A stretch of DNA of 16,327 bases from a virus, in the UHGV virus genome UHGV-1634740. One strand, given 5' to 3'. A program made the position numbers and the translations under genes. A model generated the notes under the pieces. The model was not told the origin of the DNA. It did not search any database and saw only the letters and a list, made by a program, of their open reading frames with translations. Below are positions 1 through 13,898 of this stretch, piece after piece; position 1 is the first letter of the stretch, and every line of letters begins with the position of its first letter.

Positions 1-499
1 TACGTCCCGGAAAAACAGCGCCATCCGTTTCAGTCGGCGTGGACAGTACAAAAGAGGCACTGACCGCGCTCAGTTCGCTGCACTGCTCAATGCGCCAGCG
101 GCTGATCACCTCCTGCTCCGGATCGGCGTAACTGTTTCCGTTGACGAAGTTCACCGCATCCAGAAAACGGGCGTAAACCTTACGCCGGACCACCGTTCCG
201 CCGACCAGACTCTGCATATCTTCCGCCATCCCGGTGACCATACCGTACAGGTTAGAAACCGTCAGCGTGGGGCGCGTACTGGTGCCTTTGCCATTCAGTT
301 CAAAACCGCTCCCCTGAATGGGATACGGCTGATACTGTCGCCCCTGCCAGGTGACCGGCTCACCTTTTTCGTTCTGCTCATTACAGAAAAAATAACGTTC
401 TCCACCGACCTCTGTCAGGTCGATTTCCCAGAGCACCACGCTGGCCGACTGCTCCGCACGGGTGCATTCATTCAGTGTTTCCTGCCGGATATCCTGCAT
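1..499 (-). CDS. L: minor tail protein L (N-terminal about 166 codons; 3' end lies beyond window start)
   Basis: My translation of the minus strand from ATG at 499-497 reads MQDIRQETLNECTRAEQSASVVLWEIDLTEVGGERYFFCNEQNEKGEPVTWQGRQYQPYPIQGSGFELNGKG..., matching lambda gpL from memory. Frame is open to the window edge. ATGA overlap with the M stop. Confidence 0.9.
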   Translation of the reverse strand, partial: MQDIRQETLNECTRAEQSASVVLWEIDLTEVGGERYFFCNEQNEKGEPVTWQGRQYQPYPIQGSGFELNGKGTSTRPTLTVSNLYGMVTGMAEDMQSLVGGTVVRRKVYARFLDAVNFVNGNSYADPEQEVISRWRIEQCSELSAVSASFVLSTPTETDGAVFPGR

Positions 500-828
500 C
501 AGTTCACCACCTGTTCAAACTCTGCGCTGAACTCAACACGCAACATACTGACCCGCGACGACCATTTTGCGCAGGTCACCTTTATCTGCCGCCACTCATA
601 AGGCGGCGTCCACAGAAAGGATTTCCAGCCCCCGTGCTCTTCCAGAAACGACTCCAGTACCGTGGCCTCCTCACGGGGGACAGAAAGCGTCACGCTGTAC
701 GTTTTCAGGTTGGCATTCAGCCCGGCAGGCGCTCGCTGAGAATAGCCATCACCAAAGCGCACCTTTCTTACAGAAGGGACCGAAGCCACATCCATACCGG
801 GTTTCACTTTCCAGCGGAAGGTCTTCAT
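499..828 (-). CDS. M: minor tail protein M, intact
   Basis: ORF track 109 aa MKTFRWKVKPGMDVASVPSVRKVRFGDGYSQRAPAGLNANLKTYSV... is full-length gpM. Start ATG 828-826 overlaps the reconstructed H stop. Confidence 0.93.
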   Translation of the reverse strand: MKTFRWKVKPGMDVASVPSVRKVRFGDGYSQRAPAGLNANLKTYSVTLSVPREEATVLESFLEEHGGWKSFLWTPPYEWRQIKVTCAKWSSRVSMLRVEFSAEFEQVVN

Positions 829-3380
829 CGTCCACCTCCGGAGAACAGGCCACCATCACGCATCTGTGTCTGAATTTCATCACGGGCACCTTGCGGGCCA
901 TGTCATACACCGCCTTCAGAGCAGCCGGACTATCTGCGTTCGTGCCGTCGTTGTTAATCACCACATGGTTATTCTGCTCAAACGTCCCGGACGCTGCGAC
1001 CGGCTGTCTGCCATGCTGCCCGGTGTACCGACATAACCGCCGGTGGCATAGCCGCGCATCAGCCGGTAAAGATTCCCCACGCCAATCCGGCTGGTTGCCT
1101 CCTTCGTGAAGACAAATTCACCACGGTGAACAATCCCCGCTGGCTCATATTTGCCGCCGGTTCCCGTAAATCCTCCGGTTGCAAAATGGAATTTCGCCGC
1201 AGCGGCCTGAATGCTGTACCGCCTGACGCGGATGCGCCGCCACCAACAGCCCCGCCAATGGCGCTGCCGATACTCCCGACAATCCCCACCATTGCCTGCT
1301 TAAGCAGAATTTCTGTCATCATGGACAGCACGGAACGGGTGAAGCTGCGCCAGTTCTGCTCACTGCCGGTCAGCATCGCCGCCATATTCTGTGCAATACC
1401 ATCAAAGGTCTGCGTGGCTGCACTTTTTACCTGCGACATACTGTCCGTGGCGCTCTCTTCCCACTCACTCCAGCCGGACTTCAGGCCTGCCATCCAGTTC
1501 CCGCGAAGCTGGTCTTCAGCCGCCCAGGTCTTTTTCTGCTCTGACATGACGTTATTCAGCGCCAGCGGATTATCGCCATACTGTTCCTTCAGGCGCTGTT
1601 CCGTGGCTTCCCGTTCTGCCTGCCGGTCAGTCAGCCCCCGGCTTTTCGCATCAATGGCGGCCCGTTTTGCCCGTTGCTGCTGTGCGAATTTATCCGCCTG
1701 CTGCGCCAGCGCGTTCAGGCGCTCCTGATACGTAACCTTGTCGCCAAGTGCAGCCAGCTGGCGTTTGTACTCCAGCGTCTCATCTTTATGCGCCAGCAGG
1801 GATTTCTCCTGTGCAGACAGCTGGCGACGTTGCGCCGCCTCCTCCAGTACCGCGAACTGACTCTCCGCCTTCCACAAATCCCGGCGCTGCTGGCTGATTT
1901 TCTCATTTGCTCCGGCATGCTTCTCCAGCGTCCGGAGTTCTGCCTGAAGCGTCAGCAGGGCAGCATGAGCACTGTCTTCCTGACGATCGCCCGCAGACAC
2001 CTTCACGCTGGACTGTTTCGGCTTTTTCAGCGTCGCTTCATAATCCTTTTTCGCCGCCGCCATCAGCGTGTTGTAATCCGCCTGCAGGATTTTCCCGTCT
2101 TTCAGTGCCTTGTTCAGTTCTTCCTGACGGGCGGTATATTTCTCCAGCGGCGTCTGCAGCCGTTCGTAAGCCTTCTGCGCCTCTTCGGTATATTTCAGCC
2201 GTGACGCTTCGGTATCGCTCTGCTGCTGCGCATTTTTGTCCTGTTGAGTCTGCTGCTCAGCCTTCTTTCGGGCGGCTTCAAGCGCAAGACGGGCCTTTTC
2301 ACGATCATCCCAGTAACGCGCCCGCGCTTCATCGTTAACAAAATAATCATCCTTGCGCAGATTCCAGATGTCGTCTGCTTTCTTAAACGCAGCCTCTGCC
2401 TTAATCAGCATCTCCTGCGCGGTATCAGGACGACCAATATCCAGCACCGCATCCCACATGGATTTGAATGCCCGCGCAGTCCTGTCTGCCCAGGTCTCCA
2501 GCGTGCCCATGTTCTCTTTCAGGCGGCGGGTCTGGTCATCAAACCCTTTCGTTGCGGCCTCGTTCGCCGCCTGCAATGCCCCGGCTTCATCGCCGGAACG
2601 CTGCAACTGAGCAACATACGCAATCTGCTCCGCCGACACGTTATGGAACTGGCGAGCCATCGCCGTCAGCCCCGACGTCGGGTCTGTGGTCAGCTTCCCG
2701 AAGGCTTCAGCGACCTTGTCCACCTCCACGCCGGATGCAGAGGAGAAACGCGCCACACTCTGGCTGATGGACGCAATCTGAGCCTCACCGCTTACCCCCG
2801 CCTTAACCAGTGCGCTGAGTGACTCGCTGGTCTGGTTAAACGTCAGCCCTGCCGCCTGCCCGGCTCTGGACAGGACCAGCATACGATCTGCCGTCAGTCC
2901 CGCCTGATTGCCGGAAAGGACCAGCGTTTTGTTGAAATCGGACAGGGTTGAGTTGCCCTGATACCAGGCATACGCCAGCGCACCGGTCGCCACCGCCAGC
3001 GAGGTGGCCCCGACCATCGGCAGGGTGATCGCACCGGCAAGCCCCCTGAACATGGGGATCATCCCGCCGAAGGAGTCCTTAACCTGACCACCCTGTTGCA
3101 GCAGGATCAGCCACGGACTTTGCCCGCCTGCAAGCTGCGTGGCCACGTCGGTGAACTGTGCAGGCAGCATACGCATGGCGGCTTTATACTGTCCGACGGA
3201 AATCCCCGCTTTCTGTGCAGCCAGCGCCTGCCGGTTCATTGACTGTTCAACGACTGCCGCTGTTTTTTTCGCATCACTTTCCGTACCGGAAAAATGACGC
3301 CTGACTCTGGCCATCTGCTCGTCAAATCTGGCCGCATCCAGACTTAAATCAACGACCAGATCGCCTACCGGTTCAGCCAT
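825..3380 (-). CDS. H: tail tape measure protein H; frame broken several times in the last ~350 nt as sequenced
   Basis: ORF 1059..3380 (773 aa) matches gpH over its length, including the coiled-coil Q/A/K/E-rich centre and the glycine-rich IGGAVGGGASASGGTA segment. The expected C-terminus continues in other frames: fragment 749..964 carries VINNDGTN...AALKAVYDMARK. Reconstructed stop TGA at 827-825 overlaps the M ATG. Span of 2556 nt versus about 2562 expected. Confidence 0.88.
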
Positions 3381-3783
3381 ACCTGACTCCTCCTGCGATC
3401 CCTTCTGATACTGTCATCAGCATTACGTCATCCTCCGTCATGTCCGCCACATCCGGGGAAGCGGGGATAACTTCATTCCCGTCCGGGCCAAAGCGGACAC
3501 CTCCGGCAAGCCCTGCCGCTTTCTGCATCAGCACATCATCTTCAGGCTCTTCGTCAGCCTCGCGCCGGTTCAGCAGACTGAAATCCAGCGGATGCATATC
3601 CGGATCGCTGAAAAACAGGCTGAGTACGGTGTACGTCAGCCCGGAAAAGTGCATATCCAGCAGAACATCATGAAAATAATGGGTACTGTAAAAGCGGTGC
3701 CAGTCGGCATACTCCGTGGATGACATCCCGGCAAGCATGGCGCGCCAGTCGGGTCGCCCCATCTCACGCGCAGTTTCAGGCAA
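3373..3783 (-). CDS. T: tail assembly chaperone T region (expressed in lambda as a G-T fusion by -1 frameshift); join to slippery site broken as sequenced
   Basis: ORF contains AREMGRPDWRAMLAGMSSTEYADWHRFYSTHYFHDVLLDMHFSG..., matching the gpT part of gpGT. Between the slippery site (3805-3811) and 3783 the T frame hits a stop; two single-base losses are inferred near 3771 and 3779. Confidence 0.8.
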   Translation of the reverse strand: MPETAREMGRPDWRAMLAGMSSTEYADWHRFYSTHYFHDVLLDMHFSGLTYTVLSLFFSDPDMHPLDFSLLNRREADEEPEDDVLMQKAAGLAGGVRFGPDGNEVIPASPDVADMTEDDVMLMTVSEGIAGGVRYG

Positions 3784-3786
3784 AAC

Positions 3787-4208
3787 TCAGCTCACCGTCG
3801 AACACTTTCCCGCAGAAACAGGCTCTGCTGGCCCGGCGTCATCTGCCTGTTCAGGTGCATCATTCACAACAAACTCAGACATACCGGACAGACGCATTAC
3901 CACATTTTCAGCCTGAGCAATTGCCTCTGTGGGCCAGGTGGTAAGCACTTCCTGCTCAATCTGTTTAACGGCTTCATTCATGGACGGCATCTGCGTCTTC
4001 TGCGGATGGTTATGCCACAGGGACATCGCCACCAGAAACGCGCCGGTTCTGATGGCGTCTTCCACAGTAAACTTCCGGTTGCTGTCTGACTCCGCCTGTT
4101 CTGCCTGCCGTTTCATCAGGGCGAGATGCTCAATGCGCTGCAGGCTGACAGTTCAGAAAGCGTGACGGTCACACCGTTATGTTCAAATGATTCGGTTTTC
4201 AGGAACAT
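3787..4208 (-). CDS. G: tail assembly chaperone G; one frame break near 4143 as sequenced
   Basis: ATG at 4208-4206 followed by MFLKTESFEHNGVTVTLSELS, then a frame change. ORF 3787..4116 continues MKRQAEQAESDSNRKFTVEDAIRTGAFLVAMSLWHNHPQKTQ...SAGKCSTVS. The break fits loss of one base in a G/C run at about 4143. Confidence 0.85.
3805..3811 (-). other. G-T programmed -1 ribosomal frameshift slippery heptamer GGGAAAG
   Basis: Plus strand has ctttccc at 3805-3811, which is GGGAAAG on the coding strand, positioned so that the zero frame gives ...SAGKCSTVS stop (end of G). Confidence 0.75.
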
Positions 4209-4223
4209 CGCTGACTCTCCGGA

Positions 4224-4951
4224 TTAACTGGCGGTGACGGTAATTTCTGCAACCGCAGCAAACTCACCATTACCGGATACAACCGGAATGTTGACCTTGC
4301 CTGCAGCAACGCCGTTCACGGTGATGGTCATACCACTGACCGACACGGTGGCTTTTGTTTTATCCGCAGACACCGCACGGAAGCTCTTGTCGGTTGCGCC
4401 TTCCGGCTGGAATGCCACGGTCAGCGTCGTGCTCTTCCCTTTCACCACCGAGGTGCTGGCAGGCGTCACGGTCATGCCGTTGCCGCTGTTACCGTGCTGC
4501 GATCTTCTGCCATCGACGGACGTCCCACATTGGTGACTTTCACCGTGCGGGTGATCACTTCCTTCGCCGTCACCGCCTTACCGATACTGCTGACCCAGCC
4601 GCGGAACACATCGATCGTGCCGTTCGGGAAGCGGATTTTATAGGCACGGGTATCACCTTCATTAAACCACGCCAGCAGCGCCTGCTGCCCCTGCTCTCCG
4701 GGCATCCACGCCAGCGTGAAGCTGGTATCTCCGGCAGATTTCTGCCCCTGTCCGGTCGCGGTCCAGTCCGCATCTTCATCATCGAGATAACTGTCGTCAT
4801 AGGACTCAGCGGTCAGTTCGCCGGGCGTCAGGTCTTTAACCTTTGCCAGACGCGACCAGTCATTGTCTGAAAGCGGGTTTGCATAAGGTCGCCGCTCCCG
4901 TTATAAACCACAGTGTGGTCCCGGCCCCTTTCACCGGTGCCAGAGGATTTG
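4224..4951 (-). CDS. V: major tail protein V; multiple frame breaks as sequenced
   Basis: ATG at 4951-4949 gives [18 protein letters not shown], then the frame is lost. Pieces 4472..4705 ([37 protein letters not shown]...) and 4224..4475 (C-terminal Ig-like part ...[16 protein letters not shown]) match gpV in order. Span of 728 nt versus about 741 expected. Confidence 0.87.
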
Positions 4952-4968
4952 GTGTTGGCATATCGTCC

Positions 4969-5364
4969 TCACATTTCATAGGTAATGACATAAGTCAGAT
5001 CGGCTGAACTCCACAGGCCCGCATCATCGTCGCGCCGGTAGTCATAGCCACTGGCCACCATACTGGTGATCAAATCTGACAGTGCCGGGATATCGCTCAT
5101 CACCGGATAAATCCGGGACTCCATCCACGCATCCAGCTCTGAATCCGGCACCTGAGCAGGCAGGAAAACTTCAATATGCAGCTCCGCCTGCCAGGTATCG
5201 CTGTCCAGCTCTTCGCCCGTGTATTCAGCGCCGGTGAGATAAACGGCAATTGCCGGAAAATCTTCCTCATCAAAAACAGCGGGGCGACCATCAAAAAGCG
5301 TCGCCCCGGTGTCATGCTTCTCCAGTGCATCCAGTACGGCTGCACGGAGTTCAGTATGTTTCAT
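4969..5364 (-). CDS. U: tail tube terminator protein U, intact
   Basis: 131 aa ORF MKHTELRAAVLDALEKHDTGATLFDGRPAVFDEEDFPAIAVYLTGAEYTGEELD... is full-length gpU. ATGA overlap with the Z stop. Confidence 0.93.
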   Translation of the reverse strand: MKHTELRAAVLDALEKHDTGATLFDGRPAVFDEEDFPAIAVYLTGAEYTGEELDSDTWQAELHIEVFLPAQVPDSELDAWMESRIYPVMSDIPALSDLITSMVASGYDYRRDDDAGLWSSADLTYVITYEM

Positions 5365-5938
5365 CGCTTTATTACCATCCTCAGTTGATGCTGCAGCGCA
5401 TAGCCCAGCTCTTTCGGAAGACGTTCACGCCGTATCCGCTCAATATTTTGTTTAAACGCCGTGGTCAGCGGCACCGCCATCGGGATTTTCACCACATCAA
5501 TGGGGTAACGGTTTTTCCCGGCCACACGCTGCATGACATGCCACCGGCCATTTTTCAGTTGCTGAATAAACGCGCCGGGAATACGACGGTTACCCACCAC
5601 AAGCACGCTGCCGCCACCTTTCAGGATGAACGCTGCCCCTTTTTACGACGCCTGCGGCGCGAAAGGACAACCCGCGCATTACCCAGCTTGATTACGGGCA
5701 AATCCCCCCGGTTAACTTTGATTCTGGCCTGCGGATTTTTGACCGTGGCCCTTTTCAGCCTGGCCCTTTCCTTTACCAGTTTCCGGCGTACCTTTGTCTC
5801 ACGGGCAACCTGTGACGCCGACTGCGATATCGCGGATGAAGCAACGCGGTTAATGGCCATTGCGGCGGCACCAGGCACCGCCGTTTTGCTGATACGGCTG
5901 AGGTTTTCAACGGCCTGCTCAAGACCTTTTATGGCCAT
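5361..5938 (-). CDS. Z: tail completion protein Z; one frame break near 5607-5640 as sequenced
   Basis: N-terminal piece 5621..5938 (MAIKGLEQAVENLSRISKTAVPGAAAMAINRVASS...) and C-terminal piece 5361..5606 (...LVVGNRRIPGAFIQQLKNGRWHVMQRVAGKNRYPIDVV...) are colinear with gpZ. Span of 578 nt versus 579 expected. Confidence 0.87.
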
Positions 5939-6301
5939 ACATCCCCCTTTCAGCGGCGACGGTTAACGCAGGCGGTACGCCCCGCCCAAGCCAGAGATGA
6001 CAGCTTCCGCCATCATCCGGCGAAATCCGGTCTATCCAGAAGTTTTCCTCACCGATGGTCAGCGTGTCGCCGCGCCGCAGCTGCCGCACCTCATCAGTCC
6101 GGACAAACAGGGACGGGCTGGAGCCTTCAACGCGCACGCCCTGTCCGGCATAGCTGATATTTTCAGGGTCATCAAAAACACCACGTATCACAGCACCGGA
6201 CTGCTCACCGGATGTCATGGTGGCTGACGTTCCCATGTACCGCGTATCGTTTCATCGGCGCAGGCAATGGCAGCATCGAACAGGTTATCGAAATCAGCCA
6301 C
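5935..6301 (-). CDS. FII: head-tail connector protein FII; frame breaks near both ends as sequenced (boundaries approximate)
   Basis: ORF 5919..6236 contains MGTSATMTSGEQSGAVIRGVFDDPENISYAGQGVRVEGSSPSLFVRTDEVRQLRRGDTLTIGEENFW. Upstream in another frame, GGAGG then GTG at 6301-6299 gives VADFDNLFDAAIA..., the expected FII N-terminus. Confidence 0.78.
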
Positions 6302-6312
6302 AGCGCCTCCCG

Positions 6313-6711
6313 TTATTGCATTCTGGCCAGGCCGCGCTCTGTCATTTCGGCTGCCACACCGGCAGAGACACGAAACGCCGTTCCCGGCAGCACAAATGCC
6401 ACAGGTTCATCCCGCGTGGCGTGAAGTGCATCAGTATGCAGCTTCACCAGTGCCACGACCGTGACCAGTTCAGACGTATCCAGAATCACGGTATCCGGCT
6501 GCGCTGATCCCACCTCATTTTCATGTCCGGTCAGCACATTTTCCCGGCTGAGAGGGGTGTCCTGACCGGCAGTTTCATCCGTGTCATCAAGCTCCTCTTC
6601 CAGCTCTGCCACACGGAGCGCCAGTTCTTCTTTCGTCCCCGTCAGGCTGACATCACGGTTCAGTTGTTCACCCAGCGAGCGGAGACGGGCAATCAGTTCA
6701 TCTTTCGTCAT
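6313..6711 (-). CDS. FI: DNA packaging protein FI, intact
   Basis: Start at the internal Met of track ORF 6313..6750: MTKDELIARLRSLGEQLNRDVSLTGTKEELALRVAELEEELDDTDETAGQDTPLSRENVLTGHENE... is full-length gpFI. Confidence 0.9.
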   Translation of the reverse strand: MTKDELIARLRSLGEQLNRDVSLTGTKEELALRVAELEEELDDTDETAGQDTPLSRENVLTGHENEVGSAQPDTVILDTSELVTVVALVKLHTDALHATRDEPVAFVLPGTAFRVSAGVAAEMTERGLARMQ

Positions 6712-6752
6712 GGACTCCTCCACAGAGAAACAATGGCCCCGAAGGGCCATGA

Positions 6753-7778
6753 TTACGCCAGTTGTACGGACACGAACTCATCAGGGTCAGCCAGCAGCAT
6801 CAGCGGTGCTGACTGAATCATGGTGAACTCACGCGCCGGATCGCCGGTGGTCACCCAGTTTTTCGGGTAACGGGCAGAGGCGTTAATGCCTTCGCGCTGT
6901 GCGTCCGCATCCTGAATGCAGCCATAGGTGCGCAGACCGCGTGCCTGAGTGTTCCCCAGCACCATCGTGTTGTCCGGCAGGAAGTTCTTTTTGACGCCGT
7001 TTTCCACGTACTGTCCGGAATACACGACGATGGCCACATCGCCATACATCCCCTTATAGGACACCGCTTTACCCAGGTCTTTCACCGCTGTCTCCAGCTC
7101 GGAATTAGAGCCACGACGGGTATCCAGCTTCTCCTTGACGGCTTTGAAGGAACGGAACAGCGCCCAGCCTTTCGGATCGAACACGATGATATTCACCACA
7201 CCGCTGGCGTTCAGCGCGTAGGCTTCGATATCGTCGGTCGGGTCATACGTGGACTTGTCACGCTTGCTCCACTCCGTGCCGCCGGACTGCGTGATGTTAT
7301 TCGCCGCACTGCGGCCCATATCCACCTCAACCGGATCGAAGGCTTCACCGGTCATGGTGTATTTGCCCTTAAGCACGGCAGAAACTGCCTGCATCTCTTC
7401 GACCTGAGCAATAGCCAGCTCTTCGTCACGCATGTTCTGCATGATGATGCGACGGCGGCGGTAAGCCGGGTCCGCCAGATTCTGCGGATCTTCATCCGGC
7501 AGGCGACGCAGGGTCATCTGCGGATTCACTTCATGCTTCGGCTTGACATATCCCGGCGTAAATTCAGAGGTGGAGCCGCCACGGGAACGGATAACCTCAC
7601 CGGAAACAATCGGCGAAACGTACAGCGCCATGTTTACCAGTCCCGGAATTTGTGAGAGATAGACTTTTTCCGTGGTGAAAGGATAGGTTTCACGGAAAAA
7701 CAGGCGCAGAAACAGCGGATCGAACTTAAAGTGATGCTGGGTCGATGCCAGTAATTCTGCAGTTGTATATACAGACAT
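6753..7778 (-). CDS. E: major capsid protein E, intact
   Basis: 341 aa ORF matches gpE end to end. Only the N-terminus shows substitutions relative to my memory of lambda (MSVYTTAELLASTQHHFKFDPLFLRLFFRE...). Confidence 0.95.
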   Translation of the reverse strand: MSVYTTAELLASTQHHFKFDPLFLRLFFRETYPFTTEKVYLSQIPGLVNMALYVSPIVSGEVIRSRGGSTSEFTPGYVKPKHEVNPQMTLRRLPDEDPQNLADPAYRRRRIIMQNMRDEELAIAQVEEMQAVSAVLKGKYTMTGEAFDPVEVDMGRSAANNITQSGGTEWSKRDKSTYDPTDDIEAYALNASGVVNIIVFDPKGWALFRSFKAVKEKLDTRRGSNSELETAVKDLGKAVSYKGMYGDVAIVVYSGQYVENGVKKNFLPDNTMVLGNTQARGLRTYGCIQDADAQREGINASARYPKNWVTTGDPAREFTMIQSAPLMLLADPDEFVSVQLA

Positions 7779-7791
7779 AAATTATTTCCAT

Positions 7792-7813
7792 AAAAAAAAG
7801 CCGCACAGGCGGC
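7792..7813 (-). terminator. D-E intergenic GC hairpin followed by an 8-nt U run (intrinsic terminator or attenuator-like)
   Basis: Minus strand reads GCCGC-CUGU-GCGGC then UUUUUUUU (plus strand aaaaaaaa at 7792-7799, stem 7800-7813). It sits between the D stop (7837-7835) and the E start (7778). Confidence 0.4.
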
Positions 7814-7834
7814 CTTTGTTGATGAAGGGGAAGA

Positions 7835-8165
7835 TTAAACGATGCTGATTGCCGTTCCGGCAACGCGGTCCGTTTTTAGTCTCGTCGCTGGCAGCCTCCG
7901 GCCAGAGCACATCCTCATAACGGAACGAGCCGGACTTGTAGAACGTCAGTGTGGTGCTGGTCTGGTCAGCAGCAACCGCCAGAATGCCAACGGCTGCACC
8001 GTCGGTGGTGCCATCCCACACAACCAGCTTACGGGTAGTGCCATCCAGCATCAGCGGGGTCATTGCAGGCGTTTTCGCACTCAATCCGCCAGGCGCAATT
8101 GCTGTATGAGCCGGATCACTGTTACCCAGCGGCTGGTAATGGTTAAACTCTTCTTTTGTCGCCAT
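7835..8165 (-). CDS. D: head decoration protein D; frame break near the 3' end as sequenced
   Basis: ORF 7782..8165 begins [79 protein letters not shown]..., matching gpD. After ...EAASDETK the frame departs and reads through. The expected ending AISIV-stop is present in another frame (gcaatcagcatcgtttaa, stop at 7837-7835). Confidence 0.87.
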
Positions 8166-8174
8166 AACTGCCTC

Positions 8175-9484
8175 TTATACCGGTAAAGCTTCAGGTGTAT
8201 TAAGTAATTCTTTATTGGTATCAGATGCCAGGTTACCTGCAGCCAGCGGTGCCGGTGCACCCTGCATCAGACGATCCAGCGCAGTGTCACTGCGCGCCTG
8301 TGCACTCTGTGGTGCTGCAGCCAGAATGCGGCGGGCCGTTTTCACGGTCATACCGGGGGTTTCTGCCAGCACGCGTGCCTGTTCTTCGCGTCCGTGAGCC
8401 TCCTCACAGTTGAGGATCCCCATAATGCGGCTGTTTTCTGCCGCAACCGCTGCGGTGATCTGCGCGTTCACGTCCGGCTGCGCCGCGCTGGCGTTTTCGC
8501 CCTCCGTCGCTGGCACCACGTCAGTAACGTCAGCCTGCGAAGCAGTGGCTGAAACAGTTGTTGATTGAGTCTCTTTGGTCATTCGCCCTCCTGAGAGACG
8601 GGATTTACGCGCATCCAGTGCATCACGCATGACGGTGATCGCATCGGTGCTGTTAACAAGTTCATCAGCCAGTCCGGCATCAATGGCCTCCTGACCGCTG
8701 TACACTGCAGCCTCGGTATCCAGCACAGCCTGCACAGACAGGCCGGTATATGCCGACACCTTCTGCGCAAACATCTGGCGGGTTGCGTCCATCCGGGACT
8801 GCAGTGTCTCCCGGACGTCATCCGGAAGATGGCTGTAGGGATTGCCATCCACCTTATGGCTGCCGCTGTAAATCAGCGTGATTTCCACACCCTGTTTCTC
8901 CAGGGCAGCACCGTAATTACTGTGAGCCATCATGACGCCGATGGAGCCTGTCCGGGCGGTCTGCGTGACCAGACGCCGGGAGGCGGCACTGGCAAGCAAC
9001 TGACCTGCACTGCAGTTCATGTCGTTGGCCAGCGCCCATACCGGTTTTATGTCACGCACACGGGCGATGATGTCAGCGCAGTCAAATGCCCCCGCCACCA
9101 TCCGCCGGGCGTGTCCATATCGAGCAGAATGCCGTCCACCATCGGATCGCTGGCAGCCTGTTGCAGACGGGCGATAATGCCGTTGTAACCGGTCATCCCC
9201 GAGTACGGCTGCAGCGCCCGCGTCCGGCTGACCAGCGTGCCGGACACCGGCAGCACGGCGATGCCGTTCATGACCTGATAACTGCGGGCCTGTCGTGTCC
9301 GTCATCATCACCGGATAATGCCAGCGTCGCGAGTGCCTCCTGGGCAGTCAGGCTGTCGCCGGACACCGCATCCGTCAGGCGGCTGATCCCAAGCTGGCCT
9401 GCAAGCGCACAAAAGAAAACCCGCGCATAGGCGGGTTCAAGCATCAGCGGCTCATTAAAGGCCATGCTGGCAATATGCGGGAGA

Positions 9485-9504
<20 letters not shown>
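8175..9504 (-). CDS. C: capsid assembly protease/scaffold C with nested in-frame Nu3 scaffold region; multiple frame breaks as sequenced
   Basis: Pieces are colinear with gpC: 9268..9618 (...TAELRNLPHIASMAFNEPLMLEPAYARVFFCALAGQLGIS...), 9047..9271 (MNGIAVLPVSGTLVSRTRALQPYSGMTGYNGIIARLQQAASDPMVDGILLDMDTPGG) and 8175..9311 from MVAGAFDCADIIARVRDIKPVWALANDMNCSAGQLL... to the C-terminus. The 20-nt overlap with the B 3' end matches lambda. Apparent start codon is GTG at 9504-9502. Confidence 0.85.
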
Positions 9505-13178
<3,674 letters not shown>

Positions 13179-13204
<26 letters not shown>

Positions 13205-13722
13205 TCAGCAACCCCGGTATCAGTTCATCCAGCGCGGCTGCTTTGTTCATGGCTTTGATGATATCCCGTTTCAGGAAATCAACATGTCGGTTTTCCAGTT
13301 CCGGAACGCCGCTGCACCGACAGGGGGATCCCGTCGAGAATACTGGCAATTTCACCTGCGATCCGCGACAACACGAAAGTACAGAATGCGGTTTCCACCA
13401 CTTCAGCGGAGTCTCTGGCATTCTTCAGTTCCTGTGCGTCGGCCTGCGCACGCGTAAGTCGATGGCGTTCGTACTCAATAGTTCCTGGCTGGAGATCTGC
13501 CTCGCTGGCCTGCCGCAGTTCTTCAACCTCCCGGCGCAGCTTTTCGTTCTCAATTTCAGCATCCCTTTCGGCATACCATTTTATGACGGCGGCAGAATCA
13601 TAAAGCACCTCATTACCCTTCCCACCACCCCGCAGAACGGGCATTCCCTGCTCCTGCCAGTTCTGAATGGTACGGATACTCGCACCGAAAATGTCAGCCA
13701 GCTGCTTTTTGTTGACTTCCAT
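13179..13722 (-). CDS. nu1: terminase small subunit Nu1; one frame break near 13300-13320 as sequenced
   Basis: ORF 13279..13722 reads MEVNKKQLADIFGASIRTIQNWQEQGMPVLRGGGKGNEVLYDSAAVIKWYAERDAEIENEKLRREVEELRQ... (HTH and ATPase N-terminus of Nu1). The C-terminus ...FPELENRHVDFLKRDIIKAMNKAAALDELIPGLLSEYIEQSG is in ORF 13179..13421. The 26-nt overlap with A matches lambda. Confidence 0.88.
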
Positions 13723-13898
13723 TGTTCATTCCACGGCCAAAAACAGAGAAAGGAAACGACAAAGGCCCAAAAGCCCGTTTTCAGCACCTGTCGTTTCCTT
13801 TCTTTTCAGGGGGTATTTTAAATAAAACATTAAGTTACGACGAAGAAGAACGGAAACGCCTTAAACCGGAAAATTTTCATAAATAGCGAAAACCCGAG
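13723..13898. other. cosB region (terminase small-subunit and IHF binding segment between cosN and Nu1)
   Basis: Reverse complement of 13730-13910 reads gggcggcgacctctcgggttttcgctatttatgaaaattttccggtttaaggcgtttccgttcttcttcgtcgtaacttaatgtttt...gaaaggaaacgacaggtgctgaaa...tgtcgtttcctttctctg, close to the lambda left end as I recall it, with a few substitutions. Confidence 0.75.

Noticed and set aside
1126-2822. Long plus-strand ORFs (1126..1728, 1674..2204, 1907..2338, 2244..2822 and others) antisense to the tape measure gene
   Set aside because: They lie entirely within and opposite a strongly supported gene (H), have Arg/Ser/Pro/Cys-rich low-complexity translations typical of antisense frames in GC-rich phage DNA, and have no start or ribosome binding site context.
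3440-4165. Plus-strand ORFs 3440..3673, 3716..3916, 3720..3944 and 3929..4165
   Set aside because: Antisense to the G and T genes, with no independent support.
7782-7834. Extended C-terminus of D ([30 protein letters not shown]) as a novel decoration protein extension
   Set aside because: It results from a frame change near 7880. The expected D ending (AISIV-stop) is present in the adjacent frame with its stop at 7837-7835, and the extension runs through the intergenic hairpin.
8175-9311. The first ~70 residues of the 378-aa track ORF (MMMTDTTGPQLSGHERHRRAAG...) as a novel N-terminal domain
   Set aside because: That stretch is out-of-frame read-through across gene C; the true C protein there is in another frame (MNGIAVLPVSG...). 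The ORF is a frameshift chimera, not a new protein.
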